Under the pieces are notes generated by a model, which saw nothing but the letters and a program-made list of their open reading frames with translations, did no database searches and was not told the DNA's origin. This document shows, one piece after another, positions 18,546 through 28,276 of a stretch of 64,000 nucleotides of DNA (the first letter of the stretch is position 1; the number at the start of each line of letters is the position of its first letter). The position numbers and the translations under genes were made by a program. Source of the DNA: a virus (lineage: Duplodnaviria; Caudoviricetes); the IMG/VR virus record IMGVR_UViG_3300044613_001789, positions 202-64,201 of that record. One strand, written 5' to 3'.

Positions 18546-18570
18546 TAAGTCTTTACTACATAAAGACTTA
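18546..18570. repeat. Perfect 10-bp inverted repeat with 5-nt spacer
   Basis: TAAGTCTTTA-CTACA-TAAAGACTTA. Confidence 0.85.
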
Positions 18571-18611
18571 CGAAAAACGAGAAATAAAAATACCGGTCAA
18601 GGGGTAGCCTA

Positions 18612-18755
18612 GGCCTGCATAGCAGGCCTAGGCATAGAGGGCCTGCATAGCAGGCCTAGGCATAGAGGGCCTGCATAGCAGGCCTAGGCATAGAGGGCCT
18701 GCATAGCAGGCCTAGGCATAGAGGGCCTGCATAGCAGGCCTAGGCATAGCAGGCC
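18612..18755. repeat. 28-bp tandem repeat, about 5 copies, palindromic units
   Basis: GGCCTGCATAGCAGGCCTAGGCATAGAG starting at 18612, 18640, 18668, 18696, 18724. Confidence 0.97.
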
Positions 18756-19196
18756 ACATGGTAACCGAACTTAAGGTGCAAGGGAGTTAGGCAGATGCTG
18801 CATTCGTAGGCAAGGGGGGTCATATTAGCCGGGCTTATATCCGGCTTGCCGGATGGGCGGATGGTTCAGACCCCCTAATATTTTTATCAAAATATTAGAA
18901 ACACCGGCTCCTTGGACGGCTCCGCCGTCCTGGATACCGGCTTTCGGGACCGCTTCGCGGTCAGGTGATACCGACTCGTCTACCATCCACAAACCTATTA
19001 CCGTCTCGTTTGAAGCCGAATACGAGCCACAAATGTCCAGTTTTAGGCTTTACGGTGTAGAATCTTCCATTATTTTTTTATATTTAGAAAAATGAAAAGT
19101 GCCGAAATTGCAGGGATTATCACTCCCCACTCCTATGTCCGGTAGCCCTAGAACGCATTCTGCGTTAAGGCGAAAAGTACGCCGTAATTAGAATAC

Positions 19197-19225
19197 TTGC
19201 ATCAGTCGCCGGTAGTAGTTATCAT
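19197..19225 (+). promoter_or_regulatory. Sigma70-type promoter, probably leaderless transcript
   Basis: TTGCAT-N17-TATCAT with ATG 6 nt downstream and no RBS. Confidence 0.55.
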
Positions 19226-19231
19226 AATGCT

Positions 19232-19969
19232 ATGAGCACTTCAATCAGCGACTATACGGCTTTCAAGCAGGCGTGCTTGACTGCGGACCTGAACACCTTC
19301 AAGCAGCACCCGGATATCGTTCCGATATTCGAGCATACGTCTGCCGAGCAAGGAGAAGCGTATCTCCAGGTAATCAGGGAGCGGTATCCGCTCCTGCTGG
19401 CCGCCCTACCTAGACTGGTAGTCAATGATGAGATTGGCGGAGCCAATCGCTGTATCACCCTCAAGGATGGCCCTAGCGTGAGCCCTAGCACGCTCCGGTA
19501 CGTCAAGGTACTAGGAGACTTGATCTACGCTGGGCTAGCGTCAGGAGACGCTATAGTGGAGATTGGAGGGGGTTACGGTGGCCAAGCATTGGTCATCCGA
19601 AATAAGATACTCTGGCAGAGTTATACCATTTTTGATTTACCGGAAGCCGGATCGCTCCAGGAGCGATACTTAGCCGAGCACGACTTGACGGTAGAACATG
19701 GAGAATTGTTCGTCGGCAGCCGGGTTACTGATTGGGACTTCTGCATTAGCAACTATGCATTCTCCGAATGCAATAAGCAGATGCAGGATTGGTACTTGGA
19801 GCACGTAATCCTGAAGTCGAAGAAGGGTTATATGACCTGTAACTTCATCAGCAGCCAGTTTGGGGTCGATAGCTATTCGCAGGAGCAGCTACTTTCCCTT
19901 ATCCCGAATTCCTGGCTAGAAGCGGAGAATCCGCTAACGAGCCCCGCTAACGTCGTCATCCGTTGGTAG
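19232..19969 (+). CDS. Putative sugar O-methyltransferase (TIGR04371-like)
   Basis: SPSTLRYVKV, IVEIGGGYGGQ, YTIFDLPE, DFCISNYAFSEC. Confidence 0.85.
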   Translation: MSTSISDYTAFKQACLTADLNTFKQHPDIVPIFEHTSAEQGEAYLQVIRERYPLLLAALPRLVVNDEIGGANRCITLKDGPSVSPSTLRYVKVLGDLIYAGLASGDAIVEIGGGYGGQALVIRNKILWQSYTIFDLPEAGSLQERYLAEHDLTVEHGELFVGSRVTDWDFCISNYAFSECNKQMQDWYLEHVILKSKKGYMTCNFISSQFGVDSYSQEQLLSLIPNSWLEAENPLTSPANVVIRW

Positions 19970-20356
19970 AACAACCGGTTTGATGGTGTTTCGGTTGATT
20001 ACCGGCCACTTGAGTTGATCCCTACGTTCGGGATCAACTTGTGTCCAGGATTCCTTCAGCATAGGACTGGTTACCACCAGTAGCTTACCGTTGATATGCC
20101 ATATGACCTCGTAGACGCCCGGTGTACGGGTTCTTGGGCGTCGGTTGAAGTAGTCTTGATCGTCAACCAATACCCAGTCCTGTACCCGATACTTGCCGTT
20201 ACCCGGTATCTTCTCCCAGAAAATCACCTGGTCGTAGACGTGGACGCCCTTGGCGTCATAGTAGTGATTCAGTTCCAGCAAATCGACATTCCGTTGTTCT
20301 ACGCCTGGGCGTAGACCGGGAACGGAGCAGAATAGGCATAGGAACAGGATTTTCAC
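19934..20356 (-). CDS. Putative secreted hypothetical protein
   Basis: Signal-like N-terminus; VDLLELNHYYD..G..VYDQVIFWE motif. Confidence 0.65.
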   Translation of the reverse strand: MKILFLCLFCSVPGLRPGVEQRNVDLLELNHYYDAKGVHVYDQVIFWEKIPGNGKYRVQDWVLVDDQDYFNRRPRTRTPGVYEVIWHINGKLLVVTSPMLKESWTQVDPERRDQLKWPVINRNTIKPVVLPTDDDVSGAR

Positions 20357-20701
20357 CTAGTTATTCTCCGGATCAAAGCCTTCCATGAGTGACGAACGAA
20401 GGATAGCCATCATCGTCTCCGACGCTACCTTACCCGTGACGGCTTCGAACTGTTTACACAGTTCGATAGCCATCGTCTCGTATACCAGCTTCCGGGACTC
20501 CGATTCACCGAAATCAGGTGAAAAGCACGCAGCAATGAAGCTGGCAGCCACAGTACACATAGCGGCTGCCGCCGCTCCGGAGCGATTTGGATCGGCTTCC
20601 CGTTCGTCGAGACTTTGCATCACCGGAGACACGGATTCAGTCAATTCCGCAGCAAAAGACTCCACCATCTCTTCAAAAACCTGCTTATCATAATTCGACA
20701 T
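20357..20701 (-). CDS. Hypothetical protein
   Basis: 114-aa helical ORF. Confidence 0.6.
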   Translation of the reverse strand: MSNYDKQVFEEMVESFAAELTESVSPVMQSLDEREADPNRSGAAAAAMCTVAASFIAACFSPDFGESESRKLVYETMAIELCKQFEAVTGKVASETMMAILRSSLMEGFDPENN

Positions 20702-20764
20702 GCTATATTCCCTAATAGACTTTGTTCCAAAACCACCCTTACTATAGCGTATTAACTACCAGAG

Positions 20765-21409
20765 ATGGCCGCAAAAAAAGAAAAATCCGTCACAGTTGAG
20801 ACTATTTCGACCGCAATCGCCAAAAAGCTAGGCGCGAGCCGCGCCGAAGTGCACATGGTCGTCAAAGAAGTCTTCCCCGAGCTGTTTGCACAGCTCCAAG
20901 AAGTCGGATTAGTAAAAATCCCGCATTTCGGTAAGTTCCGCTTCAAAATTCCCATCAATTCCGGTCATCCTCGCCCTCTGATTACCTTCCGGCAGAGTCC
21001 TACATGGTCAAAATGGGCTAAAGCCACCATGAAAGACCCCAAATATAAGCCTTTCATCGAATTTATCGTCGAAAGAGATACCGCCGCCCACGATATCATC
21101 GAAAATCGCCGTGTACGGCGGGTTGAATGGATCAAAGGCATCCGACAAGCCGCCTGGGATCGTGAGCGAGTTCGCATTGCGACCAAGCTCGGAGAAATGC
21201 TAGGGCAGACTATCGATCCGAAAACCATCCCCCAAGAGGCGTTGACGCCTCCTCGCATCCGTTACATCCGGCTGCCGGATCATCCGGTGGGGCTACGTGA
21301 CATACTAGTAGCTCACGGAGTGTTGGAGCCGCTTGATCCACCCGTCCCTGAGAATCCAGAAGACGCCAACCAGCAGAATCTCCAACCAGTTGAAAACCCT
21401 CCCGAGTAA
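20765..21409 (+). CDS. HU/IHF-like DNA-binding protein with C-terminal extension
   Basis: AIAKKLG.S......VV...F...L.....VKIPHFGKF...ITFRQS. Confidence 0.65.
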   Translation: MAAKKEKSVTVETISTAIAKKLGASRAEVHMVVKEVFPELFAQLQEVGLVKIPHFGKFRFKIPINSGHPRPLITFRQSPTWSKWAKATMKDPKYKPFIEFIVERDTAAHDIIENRRVRRVEWIKGIRQAAWDRERVRIATKLGEMLGQTIDPKTIPQEALTPPRIRYIRLPDHPVGLRDILVAHGVLEPLDPPVPENPEDANQQNLQPVENPPE

Positions 21410-21698
21410 CCATCCTGTCCAGTTCCTCGAAAGCCGGGAAGAACTTCACCCAGTCGGTATCCACCGACGCTACTATGTTAATCAGATCAAAGGCCAGACG
21501 AGCACAACTACCATGCCGGTTCTCAAGCAACTGGCGAATGGCTAGCATCTCCGCTTCGCGGAGTTCAAGTCGGGTGTACTGTGTCCGCATACCGGTAATC
21601 GGCTTACCTTCCATCTTGTTCAGAAGGGCAGTGGCCCTTCTCTCGATAGATGCCAAATACTTTTCAGTGACTTTCTGATCCGGAACGAATTTAGCCAT
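21210..21698 (-). CDS. Hypothetical protein, overlaps the 3' end of the HU-like gene
   Basis: GAGG upstream of MAKFVP; fills an otherwise empty gap. Confidence 0.5.
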   Translation of the reverse strand: MAKFVPDQKVTEKYLASIERRATALLNKMEGKPITGMRTQYTRLELREAEMLAIRQLLENRHGSCARLAFDLINIVASVDTDWVKFFPAFEELDRMVTREGFQLVGDSAGWRLLDSQGRVDQAAPTLRELLVCHVAPPDDPAAGCNGCEEASTPLGGWFSDR

Positions 21699-21762
21699 TA
21701 TTATGCACCTCAAGTTAGATAAGAAAACCTTATCTTAACCAAAGTAGGGGTACTGTTCAACT

Positions 21763-23187
21763 ATGCAAATTGACTACTACAAAGAAAAGGCGGACTTGTG
21801 CCGCCAAAGCTACTTTCACTTCGTGAAAGCATTTTGGCCTTATGTCTCCACCGAGAAGCTACAAGTCAACTGGCATATTCCCTACCTTTGCGACGAAATC
21901 CAGCGAAATACCGAGCGAATCTTCGAAGGAAAGCCGAAAGAAGCGGATTTAATCTGCAATATCAGCCCCGGAACCTCAAAATCCTCGATTTTTACGGTCC
22001 TCTATGTCCCTTGGGTATGGACCCGGATGCCGGGATTTCGGTACATCGGAACCAGCTTTGCTGAAGATTTAGCCTTCGAATTGACGGTAAAAAGCCGCCG
22101 AATCATCCAATGCCCCCTATATCAGAAGCTATTTCCGGAAATAGTCCTCAGAGAAGACCTAAATAACAAGTCCATTTGGTCAAATACCCTCGGCGGCGAC
22201 AGATACGCCGCCGGTACGGGCGGTAATATCACAGGTCGCCACGCTCACTGTATCGGCATCGATGATCCTATCGATCCAAAAGGCGGGTGGTCGAAAGCAA
22301 AGCTGCTGGAAGCAGCCAAATACGTCTCAGAAACGCTTCCTAGCCGTAAGGTAGACAAAGCCGTCTCTTGGACGTACCTAGTGATGCAGCGTATCTCGAT
22401 CATGGACCCGACCGAGGTGATGCTAACCAAGTTCCCGAACATCAAGATTATCTGCCTCCCAGGCGAAAAGACCAGTGCTATCCATCCGCCGGAGCTAGCT
22501 GCTTACTATAAGGATGACTTATTTGATCCAGTCAGGTTAAGTAGAAGTGTTCTCAACAGTATCAGGCAGGAATTAGGGGAATATGGCTACGCCGGTCAGA
22601 TCTTACAGCAACCGATACCGCCCGGAGGCGGTGCCATTAAGGTAGATAGGATCATCACCGACCATATCGCGGCACCGGCAGACCGGGATTTCAAGAAAAT
22701 CGTCCGAGCATGGGATAGGGCATACCTCACCGAAGGTGGGGATTACACGGTAGGAGTAAAGCTAGGCATCCTAGAAAACGGCCAAGTATGGATTTTAGAT
22801 ATCAAACGGGGCCAATGGAGCACGGATGAACGAGAAAAGATCATCCTGCTGACGGCACATACGGACGGTAAATCCTGTAGAGTAGGCATGGAGCAAGAGC
22901 CCGGCTCCGCCGGGCAAGAAGCCGTAATCCACGCTAGCCGCCGGCTAATGGGCTTCATTGTCAACGTCGAGCGGTCATCCGCTCGCAAGGACATTCGGGC
23001 CGATTTATTTGCCACGCAAATAAATCTAGGCAATGTGCATACGGCGATACGCGGGAAGGTATGGGAAGAGTACGTCGAGGAGCTAAAACACTTCCCAGAC
23101 GGTATCCACGACGACCAAGTCGATGCCAGCTCGCTGGCTTTCCAGATCTTGACCAAGCCTACTGTACGCCTGGGCGTACTTAGATAG
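21763..23187 (+). CDS. terL: Terminase large subunit
   Basis: NISPGTSKS (Walker A), ITGRHA..IGIDDP (Walker B), MQR, WD.A...GDYTVG, HDDQVDA. Confidence 0.97.
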   Translation: MQIDYYKEKADLCRQSYFHFVKAFWPYVSTEKLQVNWHIPYLCDEIQRNTERIFEGKPKEADLICNISPGTSKSSIFTVLYVPWVWTRMPGFRYIGTSFAEDLAFELTVKSRRIIQCPLYQKLFPEIVLREDLNNKSIWSNTLGGDRYAAGTGGNITGRHAHCIGIDDPIDPKGGWSKAKLLEAAKYVSETLPSRKVDKAVSWTYLVMQRISIMDPTEVMLTKFPNIKIICLPGEKTSAIHPPELAAYYKDDLFDPVRLSRSVLNSIRQELGEYGYAGQILQQPIPPGGGAIKVDRIITDHIAAPADRDFKKIVRAWDRAYLTEGGDYTVGVKLGILENGQVWILDIKRGQWSTDEREKIILLTAHTDGKSCRVGMEQEPGSAGQEAVIHASRRLMGFIVNVERSSARKDIRADLFATQINLGNVHTAIRGKVWEEYVEELKHFPDGIHDDQVDASSLAFQILTKPTVRLGVLR

Positions 23188-23395
23188 GGTCTTCGGGAGG
23201 CGACAACAACGTCGTTATGATGGCTCCGGCAGCTACCGTAGCCAGTATCGGCCAAGTCAGAGCCATGCAGGCGGCAACCGTATGCCGCACGGCGGCATTC
23301 ACCCACGGCTCTCTGCCGGTGACATTAAGCACTCGCTCCAGCCTCAAGTACAGGAATACAACCCCGACCGCGTAAACAAAACCAAGTATAAGCAT
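23180..23395 (-). CDS. Small membrane protein
   Basis: Two hydrophobic segments; likely start MLILGFVY after AAGGA. Confidence 0.5.
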   Translation of the reverse strand: MLILGFVYAVGVVFLYLRLERVLNVTGREPWVNAAVRHTVAACMALTWPILATVAAGAIITTLLSPPEDPI

Positions 23396-23453
23396 AGTGT
23401 AATCCTTTCTGCCTACACTATAGCACAGTCGAGGCACCTTGGTAACGGAAAAA

Positions 23454-23482
23454 TTGCACATTAACCCTTGTTCTGTTACAAT
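23454..23482 (+). promoter_or_regulatory. Sigma70-type promoter for the head operon
   Basis: TTGCAC-N17-TACAAT with extended TG. Confidence 0.65.
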
Positions 23483-23516
23483 GCAGAATCAGAGTTCCTA
23501 ATCCAAGGCAGCCGCA

Positions 23517-25010
23517 ATGACACCGACTTTCCAATTCTTAACGAATCTATACGACCGTGCATTGGCAGGCATTCCCGTCATGGACGGGATTGACGGCACT
23601 CGGGATCTAGATAAAGAGTGTGGCTACCAGAACTTCATCAATGACAACGATTACGTGCGTATGTTTCGGAGAGGCGATGTCGCCTCCCGTGTTGTGACGC
23701 TAGAACCAGACGAATGCTGGCAACAATACCCCAAGATATACGAGACGGAAGAGGAACGAGATACCGAGTTCGAAAAGGCGGTAGACCGCCTAGAAGCCAA
23801 AACCCGGTTTTTCTCCTATCTTCACCGTTTAGACCGCATTAGCGGCATTCTCCGCTACGGCGTGATGCTCATCGGCATGGACGATGGAGCATCTCTGGAA
23901 ATACCGGCACCCGGCTACGACGAGCATAAAATGCTCGACGGTCCTGGCACCGACACAAATATTATCTACTACCGAGTCTTCACAGAGGCTTCCGTCAGCG
24001 TATTGGAGTGGGAGACAGATCCTACCAATCCACGGTTCAATCATCCTCTGTATTACAACCTGAACTTCAACGAAGTTACCAATTCTAGCAACACGTCGTA
24101 CACGACGGAGAGAGTCCACTGGTCCCGTATCCTCCATGCCGCAGACAATTTAATTGAGTCTGAAATCCTCGGCCAGCCGAGAATGGAGAATGTCTGGAAC
24201 CGGTTGATGGACTTACGCAAAGTCGTCGGAGGTTCCGGCGAGATGTTCTGGAAGGGCGGGTTCCCTGGACTATCCTTCGAAGTCGATCCAAAGCACGGTG
24301 AATTCTCCACCGAAGAGCGAGACGCTCTACGCGAAGACGTGAAGATGTATGCAGAGGGACTCCAGCGATACATCACTATGGTCGGAGTATCGGTCAAGTC
24401 AATTGCTCCGCAAATTGCGGACCCTACGAGCCACACTGACAATCTTCTAAAACTGATCGCCATGACTAAGGCGATCCCTATGCAGACTTTCATGGGCTCC
24501 CAGCAAGGGCAGCTAGATAGTCCGCAAGATACGATTACATGGCGTGAGCGGATCATGCTCCGAAAGGAGCGATACGTCACACCATCTTTGATCCGGCCAT
24601 TCATCGACCGGCTAATCCAGATCGGTGCTTTACCTACTCCAGTACCCCAAGAAGATCAACCGTTGCCTTACATGGTCAAGTGGGAGCCGATGGCTCCTCT
24701 TAACATCATGGAACAGGCCAAGGTCGCTAAGGACTTCTCCGAAGCCTTAGCCCGGTACGCTACTGCCGGTGCCGAAGCTATTATCCCTCGCCCTGAGTTC
24801 TTAGGCAAGGTGATGGGATACTCCGGCCAACAGGTACAGGCAATAGAGTCGGCTCCGCCGACTGAGCATTCGTTGGTATTCAAGCAACTTGAGGGCATGA
24901 CCGGCTCCGCCGGTGGAAATGCCCCTAGTTCTATACCAAAGGTGCCGAAACCAGGAAATAAACGCGACCCGTCCAAAACCCCAACCAACGCCGTCCAACG
25001 GTCGAGCTAA
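23517..25010 (+). CDS. Portal protein (DUF1073-like)
   Basis: Position after terL; DPTNPRF..P..Y, VHWSRILH, GGSGEMFW. Confidence 0.9.
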   Translation: MTPTFQFLTNLYDRALAGIPVMDGIDGTRDLDKECGYQNFINDNDYVRMFRRGDVASRVVTLEPDECWQQYPKIYETEEERDTEFEKAVDRLEAKTRFFSYLHRLDRISGILRYGVMLIGMDDGASLEIPAPGYDEHKMLDGPGTDTNIIYYRVFTEASVSVLEWETDPTNPRFNHPLYYNLNFNEVTNSSNTSYTTERVHWSRILHAADNLIESEILGQPRMENVWNRLMDLRKVVGGSGEMFWKGGFPGLSFEVDPKHGEFSTEERDALREDVKMYAEGLQRYITMVGVSVKSIAPQIADPTSHTDNLLKLIAMTKAIPMQTFMGSQQGQLDSPQDTITWRERIMLRKERYVTPSLIRPFIDRLIQIGALPTPVPQEDQPLPYMVKWEPMAPLNIMEQAKVAKDFSEALARYATAGAEAIIPRPEFLGKVMGYSGQQVQAIESAPPTEHSLVFKQLEGMTGSAGGNAPSSIPKVPKPGNKRDPSKTPTNAVQRSS

Positions 25011-25014
25011 TAAA

Positions 25015-25365
25015 ATGAAAGACTTCAACACACTAGCCGCATTATCAATGGCAGCCGCTCTCCGTCAAGGGGATCGTAGGGAGGCTTTAGCCTCCGCGTT
25101 GGACATCACCGATGACCTCGATGTGGTGAATTCAGGTATTGAGCCTGGGAAAAAGTACAATGATACTGAATTAGCTGACCTTATCGAGTCGCACATGCGA
25201 CAAATCGAGAAGGGCAACGCCAATATGAATTGGGCACTCTATATCCCCACCGTCGTCGGTGCTGTAGCTGCCTGGGTAGAAGATATCGCCACTGGAGAAT
25301 CTGATGGAAAAGCTGATAGCCAACCTTTCGAACAAAGTTCAAGAGAAGACTCTTCAGGGTCGTAG
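25015..25365 (+). CDS. Hypothetical head-region protein
   Basis: Between portal and protease. Confidence 0.55.
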   Translation: MKDFNTLAALSMAAALRQGDRREALASALDITDDLDVVNSGIEPGKKYNDTELADLIESHMRQIEKGNANMNWALYIPTVVGAVAAWVEDIATGESDGKADSQPFEQSSREDSSGS

Positions 25366-26530
25366 CTACCTCGTAGCTCCGGTTTCGATGTTGGTTGAAG
25401 GCGTTTGGCCCGGCTCCGCCGGGCCTGTGCTTTATGAAGAAAAAGACATCACCGCCTCTATTTCTGCTTGGAATGCTCGTCCAATTACCATCGGACACCC
25501 TGAAGATAATTCAGGTAACAAGGTTTCCGGATGCACGCCCGAGATGCTGGATAGTCGATCTATCGGCATGGTACTTAATACTAAGTACAACCGGAAGACC
25601 AAAAAGCTACAAGCCGAGGCTTGGTTCGATGCCGAAAGACTCAGCAAGGTCAAAGGGGCCGAAATAGTGCATTCTGCACTCTTGGCCAATACTAAGCTCG
25701 AAGTCAGCACCGGATTGTTTGTAGAAGCTCTCATGGCCAACGGCAACTACAACGGTAAAGATTACATCGCCAAGGCAACGGCTTTCAAGCCAGATCATCT
25801 AGCGATCATTCTTGAAGGTGAAGGGGCTTGTTCTCTCAAAGACGGAGCCGGGCTACTGGTCAACAAGTCGGCCAAGCCGACTAGAGCAGACGAAGTGCCT
25901 GTTTTGATTGCGAATGCAGTGAATGCCGCTTACGACAAATACGATCCTACCGGCGATTCTACTTGGGCGTATGCCCAAGATATCGACCAGAATTCTGTCA
26001 TTTTCTCGATGGTAGCCAATGGGCAGACAGAATACTTCAAACAAAATTATGAAATTGAAAATGAATCAGTTAAACTAATAGGAGAAAAGGTCAAGGTGAC
26101 CCGCAAGGTATCCTATTCCGTTCAGAACCAAAAAGAGAAGATGGAAACACAAGAAACCCCAGCCGCTCCAGCGGCACCTGTCGCAGAAGCCAAGCCGGTG
26201 AAGCTAGTGTGCAATTCGGTTGCAGAGCTACTTGAACATGCCGCACCTTCCGTTAAGAACCAAATCGATGATGCAATGGCAGTAGTCGCGAAGAGTCGCG
26301 AAGAACTGATTAACAAGATCATCGCTAACAGCAAGGACACTTTCACTTCCGACGAACTCGCATCTTTGCCTACAGCACAGTTGCAAAAGTTCGCAAGTGT
26401 TATCAGTTCTGCTGTAGCTCCAGCCGCTCCTGCTAAAGCACCTGTCTATGCAGGTGAAGCATTCGTCGGCAACCAAGCTGCTCCGGCCAAGGTCGAAGTA
26501 AGCCCCCTTGTTCCACTCTCCACATTCTAA
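25304..26530 (+). CDS. Prohead protease/scaffold (DUF2213-like)
   Basis: WNARPITIGHP, EVSTG, PDHLAI...GACS..DGAG; Ala/Pro-rich C-terminus. Confidence 0.88.
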   Translation: MEKLIANLSNKVQEKTLQGRSYLVAPVSMLVEGVWPGSAGPVLYEEKDITASISAWNARPITIGHPEDNSGNKVSGCTPEMLDSRSIGMVLNTKYNRKTKKLQAEAWFDAERLSKVKGAEIVHSALLANTKLEVSTGLFVEALMANGNYNGKDYIAKATAFKPDHLAIILEGEGACSLKDGAGLLVNKSAKPTRADEVPVLIANAVNAAYDKYDPTGDSTWAYAQDIDQNSVIFSMVANGQTEYFKQNYEIENESVKLIGEKVKVTRKVSYSVQNQKEKMETQETPAAPAAPVAEAKPVKLVCNSVAELLEHAAPSVKNQIDDAMAVVAKSREELINKIIANSKDTFTSDELASLPTAQLQKFASVISSAVAPAAPAKAPVYAGEAFVGNQAAPAKVEVSPLVPLSTF

Positions 26531-26560
26531 TTTCCAGAACCAGAGGAATTTGATACTACT

Positions 26561-27025
26561 ATGGCATTAGCAGCAGCAAACACAATTTTGAAGGATTCGT
26601 TCGGTCTGGATGTTCCTGACGTAGAACGACCTATCAGCGCCGGAACGACAACCGCTCCGCTCAAGCCGGGCAATCTTGTCCGAGTTTTGTCGAGCGGTTC
26701 GTATGATCTCCAAAACACAGCAATCGGCCAAGCGGCTACGATTTTGTTGTGCGAAGACAAGTTCCAAGGCGATCATACAACCGGCGGCGGCGTAGACAAG
26801 ATTTACGCATCTGGAGCACGAGCAAGAGCAGTGCATCCAATGCCCGGTATGCTCGGTTACGTCCGAGTCCCTACATCCCAGACTTTGGTCGTAGGCGATG
26901 AAATGATGTACAACAACGCAGGTCAGTTGGTCAAAGCCAGCGGTTCTCCGTTGAAGATCGTTGCTATCTCCGAAGAAGCGATCACAACCACAGCCGAAGA
27001 CCTCGTACTCGTTCGCTTCGCGTAA
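26561..27025 (+). CDS. Capsid decoration protein
   Basis: 154-aa beta-rich gene directly before the capsid gene. Confidence 0.7.
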   Translation: MALAAANTILKDSFGLDVPDVERPISAGTTTAPLKPGNLVRVLSSGSYDLQNTAIGQAATILLCEDKFQGDHTTGGGVDKIYASGARARAVHPMPGMLGYVRVPTSQTLVVGDEMMYNNAGQLVKASGSPLKIVAISEEAITTTAEDLVLVRFA

Positions 27026-27058
27026 CCCACAATCAAGAAAGAACCAAAAACAAGAATC

Positions 27059-28180
27059 ATGGAAACACAAGTTCAAGTTGATAGCGGATTCTCGGCAACG
27101 GACAACGGCTTGATTGCCAACGGTTCCGTCGCCCAGAGACTCCTTTCCACTGGCGGTAACTACGACTCCCTTCGACCATACGTTGGCGAAGACGGAAAGT
27201 CGTATATTTCCGTGCATAACGGAAAATACGACAGCAACGGCAAGCCGTTGTACGAAGCAAAGTTCATCGGTAATGCCGGTGCGGTTCTTTCGAAGAACGA
27301 ATGGCAATACCTAGATGCCGCCGTTGTTCGCGTAGCGAAGCCTCGGTTGCAGTTGGTAAACTCTATGCGTGCCGCTGGGATGACTGAATCTTTCGCGAAC
27401 GCATACAACTTCGGCGTATATCAATACGAACGAGTTAGCGATATCGACGATGCGTCGGTTTCGATGAGTCCGAAGAGTCGTTCGACGATTGATCGTCCTA
27501 CGACCGACATCGTCAACTTGCCTTTGCCGATTGTTCACAAGGAATTGTCCTTTGAAGCTCGCGAATTGGCTATCAGCCGAAATCGCGGTCAAGCGATCAG
27601 CACAACCACTTTGGAAATGGCTTCCGAGCGAGTTGCTGAAACCATCGAGAAGATGGCTTTAGGAACTTGGGGCACATACGCATACGGTGGCGGAACTCTC
27701 TACGGTTTGACGAACTTCCCAGGTCGTCAAACAGGAGCGTTCTTGAACCCAACAGTTGGTGGATGGACTCCTCAGATGTTGTACAACAGCGTCATCGAGA
27801 TGGTTAAGAAGCAACAGGATCAAAACCAGTTCGGTACATACGATTTGTACTTCAGCACCGGTTTGATGCAGTACATGCTTCGCGATTACTCTGCCAACTA
27901 CTCCGGAAGCAACTTGCAGAACAAGATCGCCGAACTTTCGGTTATCAACAGTGTTCAACAACTTGACTACCTTACCGGAAACCAGTTGGTTTTGGTTCGC
28001 CGAAGCCCACAAACTGCTTCGATCCTCGTCGGAATGGACATGCGATTGGTTCAGTGGAACACCGATGGCGGCGAGACACTCAACATGCGGTTGATGGCTT
28101 TGATGGTTCCTTTGATTCGTCAAGACAAGAATTCGCAATCAGGTATCGTTCACTACACCGGCAACGCAACTACTGCCTAA
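27059..28180 (+). CDS. Major capsid protein (HK97 fold, linocin/encapsulin-like)
   Basis: EWQYLDAAV, LPIVHKE..F.AREL..SR, YGLTNFP; followed by a terminator. Confidence 0.92.
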   Translation: METQVQVDSGFSATDNGLIANGSVAQRLLSTGGNYDSLRPYVGEDGKSYISVHNGKYDSNGKPLYEAKFIGNAGAVLSKNEWQYLDAAVVRVAKPRLQLVNSMRAAGMTESFANAYNFGVYQYERVSDIDDASVSMSPKSRSTIDRPTTDIVNLPLPIVHKELSFEARELAISRNRGQAISTTTLEMASERVAETIEKMALGTWGTYAYGGGTLYGLTNFPGRQTGAFLNPTVGGWTPQMLYNSVIEMVKKQQDQNQFGTYDLYFSTGLMQYMLRDYSANYSGSNLQNKIAELSVINSVQQLDYLTGNQLVLVRRSPQTASILVGMDMRLVQWNTDGGETLNMRLMALMVPLIRQDKNSQSGIVHYTGNATTA

Positions 28181-28212
28181 GCAGTAGTTGAAAGTTGACC
28201 AGTTTTCAATCG

Positions 28213-28253
28213 AACCACTCGGTATGAGTTATAATTGTACCGAGTGGTTTTTT
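28213..28253 (+). terminator. Intrinsic terminator after the capsid gene
   Basis: AACCACTCGGTA-N13-TACCGAGTGGTT plus T run. Confidence 0.8.
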
Positions 28254-28276
28254 CTTACGTTTGTAGGTAATTTGCA

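Noticed and set aside
18612-18755. CRISPR mini-array
   Set aside because: Units are contiguous and identical, with no unique spacers and no cas genes
18318-19095. ORFs 18318-18503, 18361-18612 and 18853-19095
   Set aside because: No clear RBS or motifs; they lie in a repeat-rich regulatory region and are probably spurious
23517-25010. Anti-CBASS Acb1 annotation often attached to DUF1073
   Set aside because: Size and position identify a portal; no 2H-phosphoesterase HxT/S pair recognised
27059-28180. Encapsulin/linocin bacteriocin
   Set aside because: Context in the head operon makes it the major capsid protein
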